Shown: positions 1-9,233 of the stretch, one piece after another
Layout: the number at the start of each line of letters is the position of its first letter
How positions within the stretch are numbered: the first letter of the stretch is position 1
Source of the DNA: Gammaproteobacteria bacterium
GTDB lineage: Bacteria; Pseudomonadota; Gammaproteobacteria; Eutrophobiales; Eutrophobiaceae
DNA length: 64,000 nucleotides
Direction of reading: 5' to 3'
Assembly: GCA_965243105.1 (NCBI GenBank)
Contig: CBDEUC010000001.1
Coordinates: forward strand, 346,093-410,092
Made by a program: the position numbers and the translations under genes
The notes under the pieces: model-generated
Databases searched by the model: none
What the model was told of the DNA's origin: nothing
Seen by the model: only the letters and a program-made list of their open reading frames with translations

Positions 1-239
1 TGAAAACAACGCAGCAACAGAAACTGCAGGAAGCCATCAGGACCCGTTTTGGAGACGGTGTAAAGTTAAAGATCAGTGTTGAGCATCCTTCAACGGAAAC
101 CCCGGCACAACAACGTGAGCGGGAAGAAAAAGAAAAGCAACAATCAGCCGAGCAGGCGATACTGAATGATCCAAACATTGAAACACTGGAAAAGGTATTT
201 GATGCCAGGGTGGATCATGATTCGATCAGGCCGGTTTAA
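1..239 (+). CDS. dnaX: DNA polymerase III subunit gamma/tau, C-terminal fragment (partial)
   Basis: Frame from nt 3 reads ...ETPAQQREREEKEKQQSAEQAILNDPNIETLEKVFDARVDHDSIRPV-stop (TAA 237-239), typical tau C-terminus; upstream of ybaB-recR. Confidence 0.88.
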   Translation, partial: KTTQQQKLQEAIRTRFGDGVKLKISVEHPSTETPAQQREREEKEKQQSAEQAILNDPNIETLEKVFDARVDHDSIRPV

Positions 240-254
240 TTCTGGAGATTCATC

Positions 255-578
255 ATGAAAGGTGGAATCGGTGACATAATGAAGCAGGCACAGCAGGTAC
301 AGGAGAACCTGCAAAAGACCCAGAGCGAGATTGCCAACACGGAGGTCACCGGTGAAGCCGGGGCAGGCATGGTTAAAGTCGTGATGACCGGCCGGCATGA
401 CGTGAGACGTGTTGATATTGACCCGGCCCTGTTAAAGGACGACAAGGAAATGCTAGAGGACCTGTTAGCCGCTGCGGTCAACGATGCCAATCGCAAGGTG
501 GAAAAGATGTCGCAGGAGATGATGTCCAACATTGCCGCGGGTCTTGAGCTGCCTCCGGGAATGAAACTACCTTTCTGA
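255..578 (+). CDS. ybaB: YbaB/EbfC nucleoid-associated protein
   Basis: MKQAQQVQE...G.AGAGMVKV...D.EMLEDL..AA.NDA; between dnaX and recR. Confidence 0.96.
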   Translation: MKGGIGDIMKQAQQVQENLQKTQSEIANTEVTGEAGAGMVKVVMTGRHDVRRVDIDPALLKDDKEMLEDLLAAAVNDANRKVEKMSQEMMSNIAAGLELPPGMKLPF

Positions 579-605
579 TCGCCTGGCCAGCACGGAATCA
601 CCCGC

Positions 606-1199
606 ATGCCTGAATCCCCCCTTCTGCAGGAGTTAATTGAAGCCCTGCGGTGCATGCCGGGTATTGGCAAAAAGTCCGCGCAGCGTATTGCCTATCATCT
701 CCTGCAGAGAAATCGTGATGGTGCGCGCCAGATGTCCCGCCTGCTTGGGGAAGCCATGGATAAAATCGGTCACTGTGAACGTTGCCGCACCTTCAGCGAA
801 ACCCCCTTGTGTGGATTGTGCCAGGGCGAACGCCGCGATCGTTCCCTGCTTTGCGTGGTGGAAAGTCCCGCCGATGTGTACTCGGTAGAAGAGGCTGGCT
901 ACAACGGTCTTTACTTCGTGCTGATGGGGCACCTTTCACCACTGGACGGTATTGGTCCTGCTGAGCTCGGGCTGGATCGCCTTGAGGGATTACTGGGAGA
1001 AGGCGAAATCGAGGAAGTGATCCTGGCTACGGGTACAACCGTTGAGGGTGAAGCCACTTCTCACTTCATCAGCGAAATGGTGCGGAAACATTCGCTCAGG
1101 GTCAGCCGGATTGCGCACGGGGTGCCCCTTGGAGGTGACCTGGAGTATGTTGATTCGAGTACTTTGTCCCATGCCATTGCTGGACGACGACCTGTTTGA
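606..1199 (+). CDS. recR: Recombination mediator RecR
   Basis: [11 protein letters not shown]4 zinc finger CERC...CGLC, Toprim CVVE...[11 protein letters not shown]. Confidence 0.98.
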   Translation: MPESPLLQELIEALRCMPGIGKKSAQRIAYHLLQRNRDGARQMSRLLGEAMDKIGHCERCRTFSETPLCGLCQGERRDRSLLCVVESPADVYSVEEAGYNGLYFVLMGHLSPLDGIGPAELGLDRLEGLLGEGEIEEVILATGTTVEGEATSHFISEMVRKHSLRVSRIAHGVPLGGDLEYVDSSTLSHAIAGRRPV

Positions 1200-1205
1200 A
1201 ACAAC

Positions 1206-1320
1206 ATGAATCTTTTTTCTTTCATGCAGCGTCAATTACCGTTCTCTATAGCTCATGTACTGACGTGTACACAGCGCATCGTCGAACGATTCACGCCTTC
1301 CCGGAAGAAAAAATTTTCAT
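1206..1320. repeat. Palindromic intergenic element, family B (diverged copy)
   Basis: Ends ATGAATCTTTTTTCTT / AAGAAAAAATTTTCAT are imperfect inverted repeats; core GCTCATGTAC-TGAC-GTGTACACAGCGC resembles the core at 19417 and 46325. Confidence 0.55.
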
Positions 1321-1343
1321 CTTGTGGAAAAAAATTTCTCGGG

Positions 1344-1449
1344 GACGCTTACATGAATAGAACGCGGACACGCTGTAAATACATCCATGTACGCTCCACA
1401 GTGGCATCCCTGCCACTGAGGGTCCGCTTTTCTATACCATGTAAGCGTC
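1344..1449. repeat. Palindromic intergenic element, family A
   Basis: Perfect 12-bp IR GACGCTTACATG (1344-1355)/CATGTAAGCGTC (1438-1449); inner IR; core CGCTGTAAATACATCCATGTACGCTC plus GTGGCATCCCTGCCAC hairpin; related copies near 21345 and 39255. Confidence 0.8.
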
Positions 1450-1510
1450 ATTCGATTTGACTCACTTCCACATTCACTCGACATAAACAATAGTTTAAAA
1501 GGAGAAAATT

Positions 1511-1894
1511 ATGATTGGTTACGTGACACTGGGTACAAATGACCTGGCAAAGGCCGGTGAATATTATGATCAGCTTCTTGGCTCACTGGGTGCAGGTCGT
1601 GCCATGGAATTTGAAGGGCACATGATTGCCTGGGGCAAGTCCATGACCGAGCCCATGCTTTGTGCCATCGTTCCCTTTGATGGTGAACCGGCTACGGTTG
1701 GTAATGGGGTGATGGTTTCTTTGTTCATGGAATCAAAAGAAAAGGTAGATGAGCTGCACAGGAAGGCACTCGAGCTGGGCAGCACGGATGAAGGTGCGCC
1801 GGGGCCTCGCGGCGACGATGGCTTTTACGGTGCCTACTTTCGCGATCTCGACGGTAACAAGCTTTGCGCCTTTACCATGCCCATGGGTGGATAA
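1511..1894 (+). CDS. VOC (glyoxalase/bleomycin resistance) family protein
   Basis: MIGYVTLGTNDL...Y.AYFRDLDGNKLC; AGGAG RBS. Confidence 0.9.
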   Translation: MIGYVTLGTNDLAKAGEYYDQLLGSLGAGRAMEFEGHMIAWGKSMTEPMLCAIVPFDGEPATVGNGVMVSLFMESKEKVDELHRKALELGSTDEGAPGPRGDDGFYGAYFRDLDGNKLCAFTMPMGG

Positions 1895-1903
1895 AGCCAG
1901 CAC

Positions 1904-3364
1904 ATGAGTGAAATCGATGTCATTGTTGGCATCTTTTGCTTTTACCTGCTCATCATAACGGCCCTTGCGATCTGGAGTAGCAAGGGCTCAAGTGATACCG
2001 CCGGCTTTTTTATCGCCGGAAAAAAACTGCCCTTCTGGGTCGTGGCATTCAGCGCCAACGCCACCGGTGAAAGTGGCTGGTTACTGCTGGGTCTCACGGG
2101 CATGGCATACAGCGTGGGTCTGCATGCACTGTGGGTCCTGCTTGGTGAAATGATCGGTATTGCACTTTGCTGGCTGCTGATTGCTCGCAGGCTCAAGGTC
2201 GATGCGGATCGCTATGACGCAATCACCGTTGCGGATTACCTGGAAAGCCGCTTCCAGGATGGCAGGCATATCCTTCGTTTAATCAGTGTAGTGATCATCG
2301 TTGTCATGGTGTTGATTTACGTGGCAGCGCAAATGATTGCCGCGGGCAAGGCCTTTGCAGATTTTATGCAGATTACCTACGTGCATGGTGTGATCCTGGG
2401 CGCAGTGGTGACTTCCCTTTACACGGTTATTGGCGGCTACAAGGCCGTGGCGTATACCGACGTATTGCAGGGAGTATTAATGCTGCTGGCACTGCTTGTT
2501 TTACCGGTGGTCGCTTTCAGTGAAGCTGGCGGGGTTGCTGCAGTGCTACAGGGCCTGGGTGAAGCAGACCCGGTATTGGTGAATTATTTCGGTGAAAAAG
2601 GCTGGTCACTGGCAGGCGTGATAGCCGTGGCCAGTTTCATGGCAATCGGATTGCCATTTCTAGGTGTGCCGCAGGTGCTTGTTCGCTTTATGTCCATTAA
2701 CGATCCTGCTGAAACAAGAAAAGCTGCTGCGATCTCAATCTGTTGCCTGTTTGTTTTTCTTTTTGGCGCAATCCTGATCGGGCTTGCGGGTCGCGTGCTG
2801 TTCCCGGGATTGGCCGACCCCGAGTTGATCATGCCCACGATTAGCCGCGAGTTGTTTCCCCCGGTAATTACCGGCCTGCTCGTCGTTGTCCTGCTGGCTG
2901 CCATCATGTCCACCGTCGATTCACTACTTATTCTTCTTTCCTCGGCGATCACCCGGGACCTGGTGCAAAAAATCCTGAGACCGGGCATTCCGGACAGGCA
3001 GCTGGCGAGAATAGGGCGCGTGACAACTTTTGTGATCGGTGCAGGTGCGCTCGCCATTGCGCTGAGCGAAAACCGGGCGATCTTCTGGCTGGTGCTGTTT
3101 TCATGGTCGGGACTTGGTGCAACATTTGGTCCCGTGGTCGCCTGTTCCCTGCTCTGGCACAGGGTTAACCTGGCCGGTGCCGCGGCAGGTATGCTCGGGG
3201 GATTCCTGATCAGCGTGACCTGGGTCATTTTTATCAAGGAACGTTTTTACGACATGTACGAGGCAATACCCGGCTTTGTAGGAGGAACTGTTCTGCTGGT
3301 AGTGGTGAGCCTTTACAGCGAACGGTGTGCCACGCAAAGGGCGCAAACAAGCGCGGCTACTTGA
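1904..3364 (+). CDS. Sodium:solute symporter, PutP (Na+/proline)-like
   Basis: Multi-TM protein; FFIAGKKLP, SA.ATGESGWLLLGL.G, YT.IGG..AV.YTD, MST.DS signatures. Confidence 0.9.
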   Translation: MSEIDVIVGIFCFYLLIITALAIWSSKGSSDTAGFFIAGKKLPFWVVAFSANATGESGWLLLGLTGMAYSVGLHALWVLLGEMIGIALCWLLIARRLKVDADRYDAITVADYLESRFQDGRHILRLISVVIIVVMVLIYVAAQMIAAGKAFADFMQITYVHGVILGAVVTSLYTVIGGYKAVAYTDVLQGVLMLLALLVLPVVAFSEAGGVAAVLQGLGEADPVLVNYFGEKGWSLAGVIAVASFMAIGLPFLGVPQVLVRFMSINDPAETRKAAAISICCLFVFLFGAILIGLAGRVLFPGLADPELIMPTISRELFPPVITGLLVVVLLAAIMSTVDSLLILLSSAITRDLVQKILRPGIPDRQLARIGRVTTFVIGAGALAIALSENRAIFWLVLFSWSGLGATFGPVVACSLLWHRVNLAGAAAGMLGGFLISVTWVIFIKERFYDMYEAIPGFVGGTVLLVVVSLYSERCATQRAQTSAAT

Positions 3365-3656
3365 CGCCGAATTCGTAGTATTCCCGGTTCAAAAACCCGG
3401 TGACATCGTCGATTTCCTCGTCAAACCAGAGGAGGTTATTGGATAGCTCGCACTGGCTGACACGTTCCCTGAGTGCCGGAAAATTTTCCACGATGCGTTC
3501 TGCACGGGTGTAAACCTCGTCCTGGTGACATCGCTGGCAGTGCTGCTGGTGTAGTTTTTTACCCCGTTGTGTATCTACTGCCTGCACGGTGGAGCAAAGA
3601 CCACCTGCCAGCATTAGCATTGCCAGGCCCGTTCTCATTTTTTCCATGGCGCTCAT
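3357..3656 (-). CDS. Small periplasmic monoheme cytochrome c
   Basis: Signal peptide, GKKLHQQHCQRCH (CxxCH); start uncertain (3647/3656/3686). Confidence 0.85.
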   Translation of the reverse strand: MSAMEKMRTGLAMLMLAGGLCSTVQAVDTQRGKKLHQQHCQRCHQDEVYTRAERIVENFPALRERVSQCELSNNLLWFDEEIDDVTGFLNREYYEFGVK

Positions 3657-3688
3657 ACCGGTATTACTACGGCAAGCGTAGTTCAATG

Positions 3689-4933
3689 TCAGGCAGTCTT
3701 GGCCGACAGGTGAGAAATTCGAATTGGTGCCGGTGGATGGGAGTCATGAAATGCCGAGTAGAGTGGGTCCGGTGTCAGCGTATTGGCATTTTCCCGGTAA
3801 AGTTTCACCAGCGCCTGGATCAGGAATGCCGGCTTGGCCTGGGCCGCGGCAAAATCGTCCGCTTCGAATTCCTGCTTTCGCGACATTTGTGAAAACAGCG
3901 GCTGCAGGAACTGTGTGAATACCGGGGAGACCAGCACGAACAGGGTTAGCGCCATGTAGTCAGAGGGAGTGCTCACGCCAAGCCCGAAATAAAACCACGG
4001 GCTTTCGATCAACCAGCCAAGTAGCGCAAAGCCCAGCAGAAAGATAACGCCGAGCATAACAATACGTTTCTTGATGTGGTTACATTTAAAATGACCAAGC
4101 TCGTGGGCGAGGACTGCTTCCACTTCGTCGGCATCAAGGTCATCAATAAGCGTATCAAAGAAAACGATGCGCTTGTTGGCGCCAAGACCGGTGAAGTAGG
4201 CATTCCCATGTGAAGAACGCGAAGAACCGTCCATGACAAAAATGCCCTGGCTGGTAAAACCGTTGCGCTCAAGCAGGCTCACGATCCTTGTTTTCAGATC
4301 CCCATCTTCAAGCGGACGAAACTCGTTAAACAAGGGAGCGATAAACGCCGGGTAGGCCCACATCATGAACATGCTGAAACCAAACCAGGTCATCCAGACA
4401 TAAAGCCACCAGAGTTCTCCCGCACCCTGCATTATCCAAAGGATCAGGGCAAGCAGGGGCAAGCCTATCAGGGCCATTAGTACCGTGTTCTTGACCAGGT
4501 CGCTGACAAAGGTCTTTACCGTGGTGTTGTTAAAGCCAAAATCCTGTTCAAGCTTGAAGGTACGGTAAACGGAAAACGGTAAATCAATAATGCTGCCAAT
4601 GAGTACCACGCTGAATATGAATCCGACACCGGTCAGCAGTTCAGAAAATCCCAGTCCACGCCACGCCTGGTCGAGGAATTCCAGCACTCCACCCAGCGTC
4701 CAGGCAACCAGGACGAGGGTGGCCAGGAACAGTTCTCCCTGGCTCGTTTTACCCTTGGCACGCGTGTAGTCAGCAGCTTTCTGGTGATCCTCCAGCGGGA
4801 TCGCTTCGCTGAAGGCCTCGGGAACTTTCTCACGATGATTGCCGACATGGGCTATGTGTCGCTGGGTGAGTAGCCATTCAAGCGTGAACCCCGCGACCAG
4901 GGTCGCAAGAAAAATAATAGAAAATGTGTTCAT
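3689..4933 (-). CDS. M48 family Ste24-like integral membrane zinc metalloprotease
   Basis: HELGH zinc motif, SRKQEFEADDFA, HDSHPP; start ATG 4933 (ORF open to 4963). Confidence 0.95.
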   Translation of the reverse strand: MNTFSIIFLATLVAGFTLEWLLTQRHIAHVGNHREKVPEAFSEAIPLEDHQKAADYTRAKGKTSQGELFLATLVLVAWTLGGVLEFLDQAWRGLGFSELLTGVGFIFSVVLIGSIIDLPFSVYRTFKLEQDFGFNNTTVKTFVSDLVKNTVLMALIGLPLLALILWIMQGAGELWWLYVWMTWFGFSMFMMWAYPAFIAPLFNEFRPLEDGDLKTRIVSLLERNGFTSQGIFVMDGSSRSSHGNAYFTGLGANKRIVFFDTLIDDLDADEVEAVLAHELGHFKCNHIKKRIVMLGVIFLLGFALLGWLIESPWFYFGLGVSTPSDYMALTLFVLVSPVFTQFLQPLFSQMSRKQEFEADDFAAAQAKPAFLIQALVKLYRENANTLTPDPLYSAFHDSHPPAPIRISHLSAKTA

Positions 4934-4978
4934 AACAGCAAAAAAACCTGGTTGATTCGTCAATTAATTTCGTTAGAC

Positions 4979-5115
4979 AGGATATTATCAGGAATACTCC
5001 CCACATGCCCCGCTGAATAGGTAATCAAGCGGGGAGTCCATGATGTGCCCCGTAAATTAATTGTTAAGCAGTTCACCGGGGCACTTACTGTGCGAGTATT
5101 TCGTGGAAATATCCT
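4979..5115. other. Nested inverted-repeat structure (candidate structured RNA or palindromic element)
   Basis: AGGATATT/AATATCCT, AATACTC/GAGTATT, and two internal hairpins CCCCGCT/AGCGGGG and GTGCCCCG/CGGGGCAC. Confidence 0.5.
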
Positions 5116-5199
5116 ATATTATCGCGCTTTCATGGAAAGCATTTGAGTTTGCCGCGCCGAAGACATGAGCCAGGAACCTTAACCCAAGGATAAAGCAAT

Positions 5200-5742
5200 A
5201 TGACATTTTCAACGGATAACCTGATCTGGATAGACCTGGAGATGACGGGCCTCGATCCCGACAATGACCAGATTATAGAGATCGCCACCGTGATAACCGA
5301 TAAGCAGCTGAACCCGATAACGGACGGACCGGTCGTCGCGATACACCAGGAGGAATCCATCCTGGAAGGCATGGATGAATGGAACACCACGCAGCACGGC
5401 AAGTCTGGCTTGCTGGAGCGAGTCCGAGCAAGCGAATACACGGTGGAGGATGCCGAGCGCATGACGCTCGAGTTTCTCGAAGGGTATGTACCTGAAAACA
5501 CGTCTCCCATGTGTGGTAACAGTATCTGCCAGGATCGTCGCTTTCTTCATCGGCAAATGCCCATGCTGGAAAAGTATTTTCATTACCGCAACCTGGATGT
5601 TTCAACGGTAAAGGAACTGGTAAAGCGCTGGACCACCGGAGAAGATCAGTTTCGTAAAAACTCCGGTCACCTGGCCCTGGACGACATCCATGATTCTATC
5701 GAAGAGATGCAACACTACCGGGCAAAGTACTTCAACATCTGA
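5200..5742 (+). CDS. orn: Oligoribonuclease
   Basis: [39 protein letters not shown]. Confidence 0.98.
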   Translation: MTFSTDNLIWIDLEMTGLDPDNDQIIEIATVITDKQLNPITDGPVVAIHQEESILEGMDEWNTTQHGKSGLLERVRASEYTVEDAERMTLEFLEGYVPENTSPMCGNSICQDRRFLHRQMPMLEKYFHYRNLDVSTVKELVKRWTTGEDQFRKNSGHLALDDIHDSIEEMQHYRAKYFNI

Positions 5743-5751
5743 GCAATACCG

Positions 5752-7245
5752 GTGACCTCGACAGGCAAGCTCCTTCCTCAAACTCTATACACCGCTGCCG
5801 GGGTCAGGGAACTCGACCGTATCGCCATTGAAGAGGAAGGCATCCCCGGCATTCAGCTGATGAAGCGAGCCGGCGAAGCGGCTTTCAGCTTGCTCGAAAA
5901 GTGTTGGCCAGGCTCTGCCACGGTCACAGTCATTTGTGGCAATGGTAACAACGGCGGTGATGGCTACGTGCTTGCAAAACTGGCAAGGGAGGCCGGCAGG
6001 CAGGTTCACCTTCTTCATCACGGCAATCTTGAACAGCAAAAAGGAGATGCACTCAGCGCAAGGTTGGAGGCTGAGCAGTCCGGGCTGGTCATCGAACCTT
6101 ACCAGTCAGAAAAAGTACGTGAGGCAGACGTCGTCGTGGATGCGCTGCTGGGCACCGGCCTTGAGCGCCAGCTGGACCAGGAGTGGCAGGAGCTGATTCT
6201 TGATATCAATCAACACGCAGCCCATGTTCTTTCCATCGATATTCCTTCCGGGCTTCATGCGGATACTGGTAGTTGCATGGACATTGCAGTAAGTGCTGAC
6301 GCCACGATCACGTTCATCGGCCTGAAGCAGGGTCTGTTTAGTGGTAGTGGACCTGCGCACAGTGGCGAAGTTTATTTCGATGACCTCGATGTTCCTGCCA
6401 GTGTTCTTGAGAACGTGGCGCCGGGCTGCGAGAGGCTCGATGAACATTACCTTGCGGCGATGCTGAAGCCCCGTCCGGCCAACTTTCACAAGGGTGACTG
6501 TGGCCGCGTTCTGGTGATCGGCGGCGACTACGGTTATGCCGGGGCCGTGCGCATGGCGGGAGAAGCTGCGCTCAGGAGTGGTGCCGGGCTCGTCACCGTG
6601 GCTTCACGCGAGGAACACTGTCTTGCTATTCCACTGGTACGACCTGAATTAATGACGCGTGCCGTGGCTACTGCAAGGGATCTTGAAGGTCTCATTAGCA
6701 CTGTCGATGTGGTCGTAATCGGACCGGGGCTGGGCCAGTCCAGCTGGGCAATGGATCTTTTCGCCAGGGTGCTTGAATTTGAGATACCAACCCTTGTTGA
6801 CGCCGACGGACTGAACCTGCTCGCGCGGGAGCCCGCCCCGGCCCGGCAGCGAATTATCACTCCGCACCCAGGCGAAGCCGCACGCCTGCTGGGCTGCAGC
6901 GTGGCTGACATCCAGCAGGATCGATTCCAGGCCGTTCGCGAACTTCGGCAGCGTTACGGTGGAGTCTGCGTGTTAAAAGGCAGCGGTACTCTTGTCAGCG
7001 ATGAGAACTCCCTGGTCAGTGCCTGTGATGCGGGCAATCCCGGTATGGCCAGCGGCGGCATGGGTGATGTACTCAGTGGTGTGATCGCCGCAATGATAGC
7101 CCAGGGCAATGACCTGCCAAGCGCCGCCAGGCTGGGGGTTGTGCTACATAGCGTAGCGGCAGACCGCGCAGCAGTGGCCGGTGAACGTGGCATGATAGCC
7201 ACGGATTTAATGAAGGAGTTACGCAGCCTTGCAAACCCTGGCTGA
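5752..7245 (+). CDS. nnr: Bifunctional NAD(P)H-hydrate epimerase/dehydratase
   Basis: YjeF_N GNGNNGGDG, DIPSG; carbohydrate kinase HKG..G, TPHPGEAARLL, MASGGMGDVLSG. Confidence 0.96.
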   Translation: MTSTGKLLPQTLYTAAGVRELDRIAIEEEGIPGIQLMKRAGEAAFSLLEKCWPGSATVTVICGNGNNGGDGYVLAKLAREAGRQVHLLHHGNLEQQKGDALSARLEAEQSGLVIEPYQSEKVREADVVVDALLGTGLERQLDQEWQELILDINQHAAHVLSIDIPSGLHADTGSCMDIAVSADATITFIGLKQGLFSGSGPAHSGEVYFDDLDVPASVLENVAPGCERLDEHYLAAMLKPRPANFHKGDCGRVLVIGGDYGYAGAVRMAGEAALRSGAGLVTVASREEHCLAIPLVRPELMTRAVATARDLEGLISTVDVVVIGPGLGQSSWAMDLFARVLEFEIPTLVDADGLNLLAREPAPARQRIITPHPGEAARLLGCSVADIQQDRFQAVRELRQRYGGVCVLKGSGTLVSDENSLVSACDAGNPGMASGGMGDVLSGVIAAMIAQGNDLPSAARLGVVLHSVAADRAAVAGERGMIATDLMKELRSLANPG

Positions 7246-7735
7246 AAATTTGCGCCTCGAGGTGCCGGGGCCCGAAGAGATGGAGGAGCTCGGCCGGCTT
7301 CTGGGCGAGCATTGTCCTGCCGGTCAGCGTATCTACCTGGAAGGAGACCTGGGCGCCGGAAAGACGACGCTGGTGCGTGGCTTTCTTCGCGGCAGGGGAT
7401 ACACGGGCAAGGTGAAAAGTCCCACCTACACGCTGGTGGAACCCTATGAACTGGATAACACACCGATTTTTCACTTCGACCTCTACCGCATGGAGGATGA
7501 AGAGGAGCTGATACACATTGGTTTCCAGGATTACCTGCAGGATAGCTCCATCATCCTGCTGGAGTGGCCAGAAAAGGCGGCTTCACTGCTGCAGGCCCCG
7601 GACCTGCTGCTGCAGATTGAGATCCAGTCGCAGGGGAGAATCCTGACCCTGGCGGCCAATGGCGGCCCTGCCAGCCAGCTGCTTAGCGTTGTTCCCCGCC
7701 AGGACCCGGCAGCACCAGTGCATTCGCCGTTCTGA
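7229..7735 (+). CDS. tsaE: tRNA threonylcarbamoyladenosine biosynthesis ATPase
   Basis: GDLGAGKTT, VKSPTYTLVEPY, HFDLYR, EWPE. Confidence 0.97.
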   Translation: MQTLAENLRLEVPGPEEMEELGRLLGEHCPAGQRIYLEGDLGAGKTTLVRGFLRGRGYTGKVKSPTYTLVEPYELDNTPIFHFDLYRMEDEEELIHIGFQDYLQDSSIILLEWPEKAASLLQAPDLLLQIEIQSQGRILTLAANGGPASQLLSVVPRQDPAAPVHSPF

Positions 7736-7824
7736 AATTGCCCTTACGCACTTGCCTTTGCGATATTAGCAACTATACTTAATTCATATAAAACAATGGA
7801 TTAGGATATTAACCTAATAAAATA

Positions 7825-7854
7825 TTGAATTTATTTGCTTAACAGCAGTATAGT
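7825..7854 (+). promoter_or_regulatory. Putative sigma70 promoter for amiB-mutL-miaA
   Basis: TTGAAT-18 nt-TATAGT in AT-rich spacer. Confidence 0.4.
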
Positions 7855-7885
7855 ACAGCAAAATTTTTAATTTTCTTGGCAAATC

Positions 7886-9187
7886 ATGCGTTTACTTCTC
7901 AGCGCCCTGCTGGTTTTTGCTGCTGCCTCCTTACAGGCGGCTCCCGCTCGTGTTGAGAATGTTCGTATCTGGGCGGCGCCGGACAGCACACGTGTCGTAC
8001 TTGATGTTTCAAAGACCGTCACCTACCAGCTGAACATGCTTGATGATCCTTTTCGAGTCGTCATCGACATTGACGACATGGAAATGAGCTCCGAACTCAG
8101 TCAGCCGGTGGCTGCAGACAAGTACCTGCAGAGAATTCGCAGCGCCCAGAGAGACGAATCAAAATTGCGCCTCGTGCTGGATCTCAAGAAATTCGCCATG
8201 ACGAACAGTTTTCAACTGGAACCCAACAAGCGCTACGGTCACCGTCTTGTTATCGACCTGTATAACAAGGAAGCCGAGGAAAGTTTTTCACCCCTGCGCG
8301 AGGTTGAAGAAAACACCGGCAGCGGCAGCCTGCGCGACGTGGTGATCGCCGTGGATGCCGGGCACGGTGGTGAGGATCCCGGTGCAAGGGGACCCGCTGG
8401 TACTTATGAAAAGGACGTCGTATTACCGCTGGCAAAGGAGCTTGTGAAATTAATCAATGCTGAGAGGGGAATGAAGGCGGTCCTTACCAGGAAAGGAGAC
8501 TATTTTCTGCGTCTTCGCAAACGTATCAGCGAGGCACGAAAGCACAAGGCAGATCTTTTTGTGTCACTGCATGCAGACGCGTTTCGCGATCCACGGGTGA
8601 ATGGCTCGTCGGTATACGTGTTGTCCCAGCGTGGTGCCAGTAGTGAACATGCACGCTGGCTGGCAGAGCAGGAAAATGCTTCCGACCTGATAGGGGGCGT
8701 AAAGCTGGATGACAAGGAAGACGTGCTGGTTTCAGTGTTGCTGGACCTTTCCCAGACCGCCAGCCTTGAAGCCAGTATTGACGTTGCCGACCGCGTGCTG
8801 GGCGGCTTGAAGAAAGTCGGCAAGGTACACAAGCGAAATGTTGAAGCTGCCGCGTTTGCGGTGCTGAAATCTCCGGACATCCCGTCAATCCTCATTGAGA
8901 CTGCCTACATTTCCAATCCCGCGGAAGAGAAAAAGCTGCGCGATGCCAATCATCGAAGAAAGCTGGCCATGGCCATCAGGAACGGGCTGAAGGGTTACTT
9001 CATGGAGCATGCACCCGAAGGTACCATCCTCGCCTCGCGCAGGCACATCATTACCCGCGGCGATACGCTTTCGCTTATCGCCCAGCACTACAAGGTCAGC
9101 CTGAGTAGCCTGAAAAGCGTTAACAACCTGAAAAGTGACCGCATTCGTGTAGGCCAGGTTCTTACCATTCCTTCACTGGTAAATTAG
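7886..9187 (+). CDS. amiB: N-acetylmuramoyl-L-alanine amidase (AMIN + Amidase_3 + LysM)
   Basis: Signal peptide, DAGHGGEDPGA, SLHADA, ILIETAYISN, C-terminal LysM (H...RGDTLS.IA..Y); tsaE-mutL context. Confidence 0.93.
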   Translation: MRLLLSALLVFAAASLQAAPARVENVRIWAAPDSTRVVLDVSKTVTYQLNMLDDPFRVVIDIDDMEMSSELSQPVAADKYLQRIRSAQRDESKLRLVLDLKKFAMTNSFQLEPNKRYGHRLVIDLYNKEAEESFSPLREVEENTGSGSLRDVVIAVDAGHGGEDPGARGPAGTYEKDVVLPLAKELVKLINAERGMKAVLTRKGDYFLRLRKRISEARKHKADLFVSLHADAFRDPRVNGSSVYVLSQRGASSEHARWLAEQENASDLIGGVKLDDKEDVLVSVLLDLSQTASLEASIDVADRVLGGLKKVGKVHKRNVEAAAFAVLKSPDIPSILIETAYISNPAEEKKLRDANHRRKLAMAIRNGLKGYFMEHAPEGTILASRRHIITRGDTLSLIAQHYKVSLSSLKSVNNLKSDRIRVGQVLTIPSLVN

Positions 9188-9233
9188 TCGCGCCACTCGT
9201 AATAACACCGCTTAGGAGCTAACCTATCGCTCC

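Noticed and set aside
1206-1460. 84-aa ORF after recR
   Set aside because: Lies wholly over two palindromic repeats; no RBS or protein-like features
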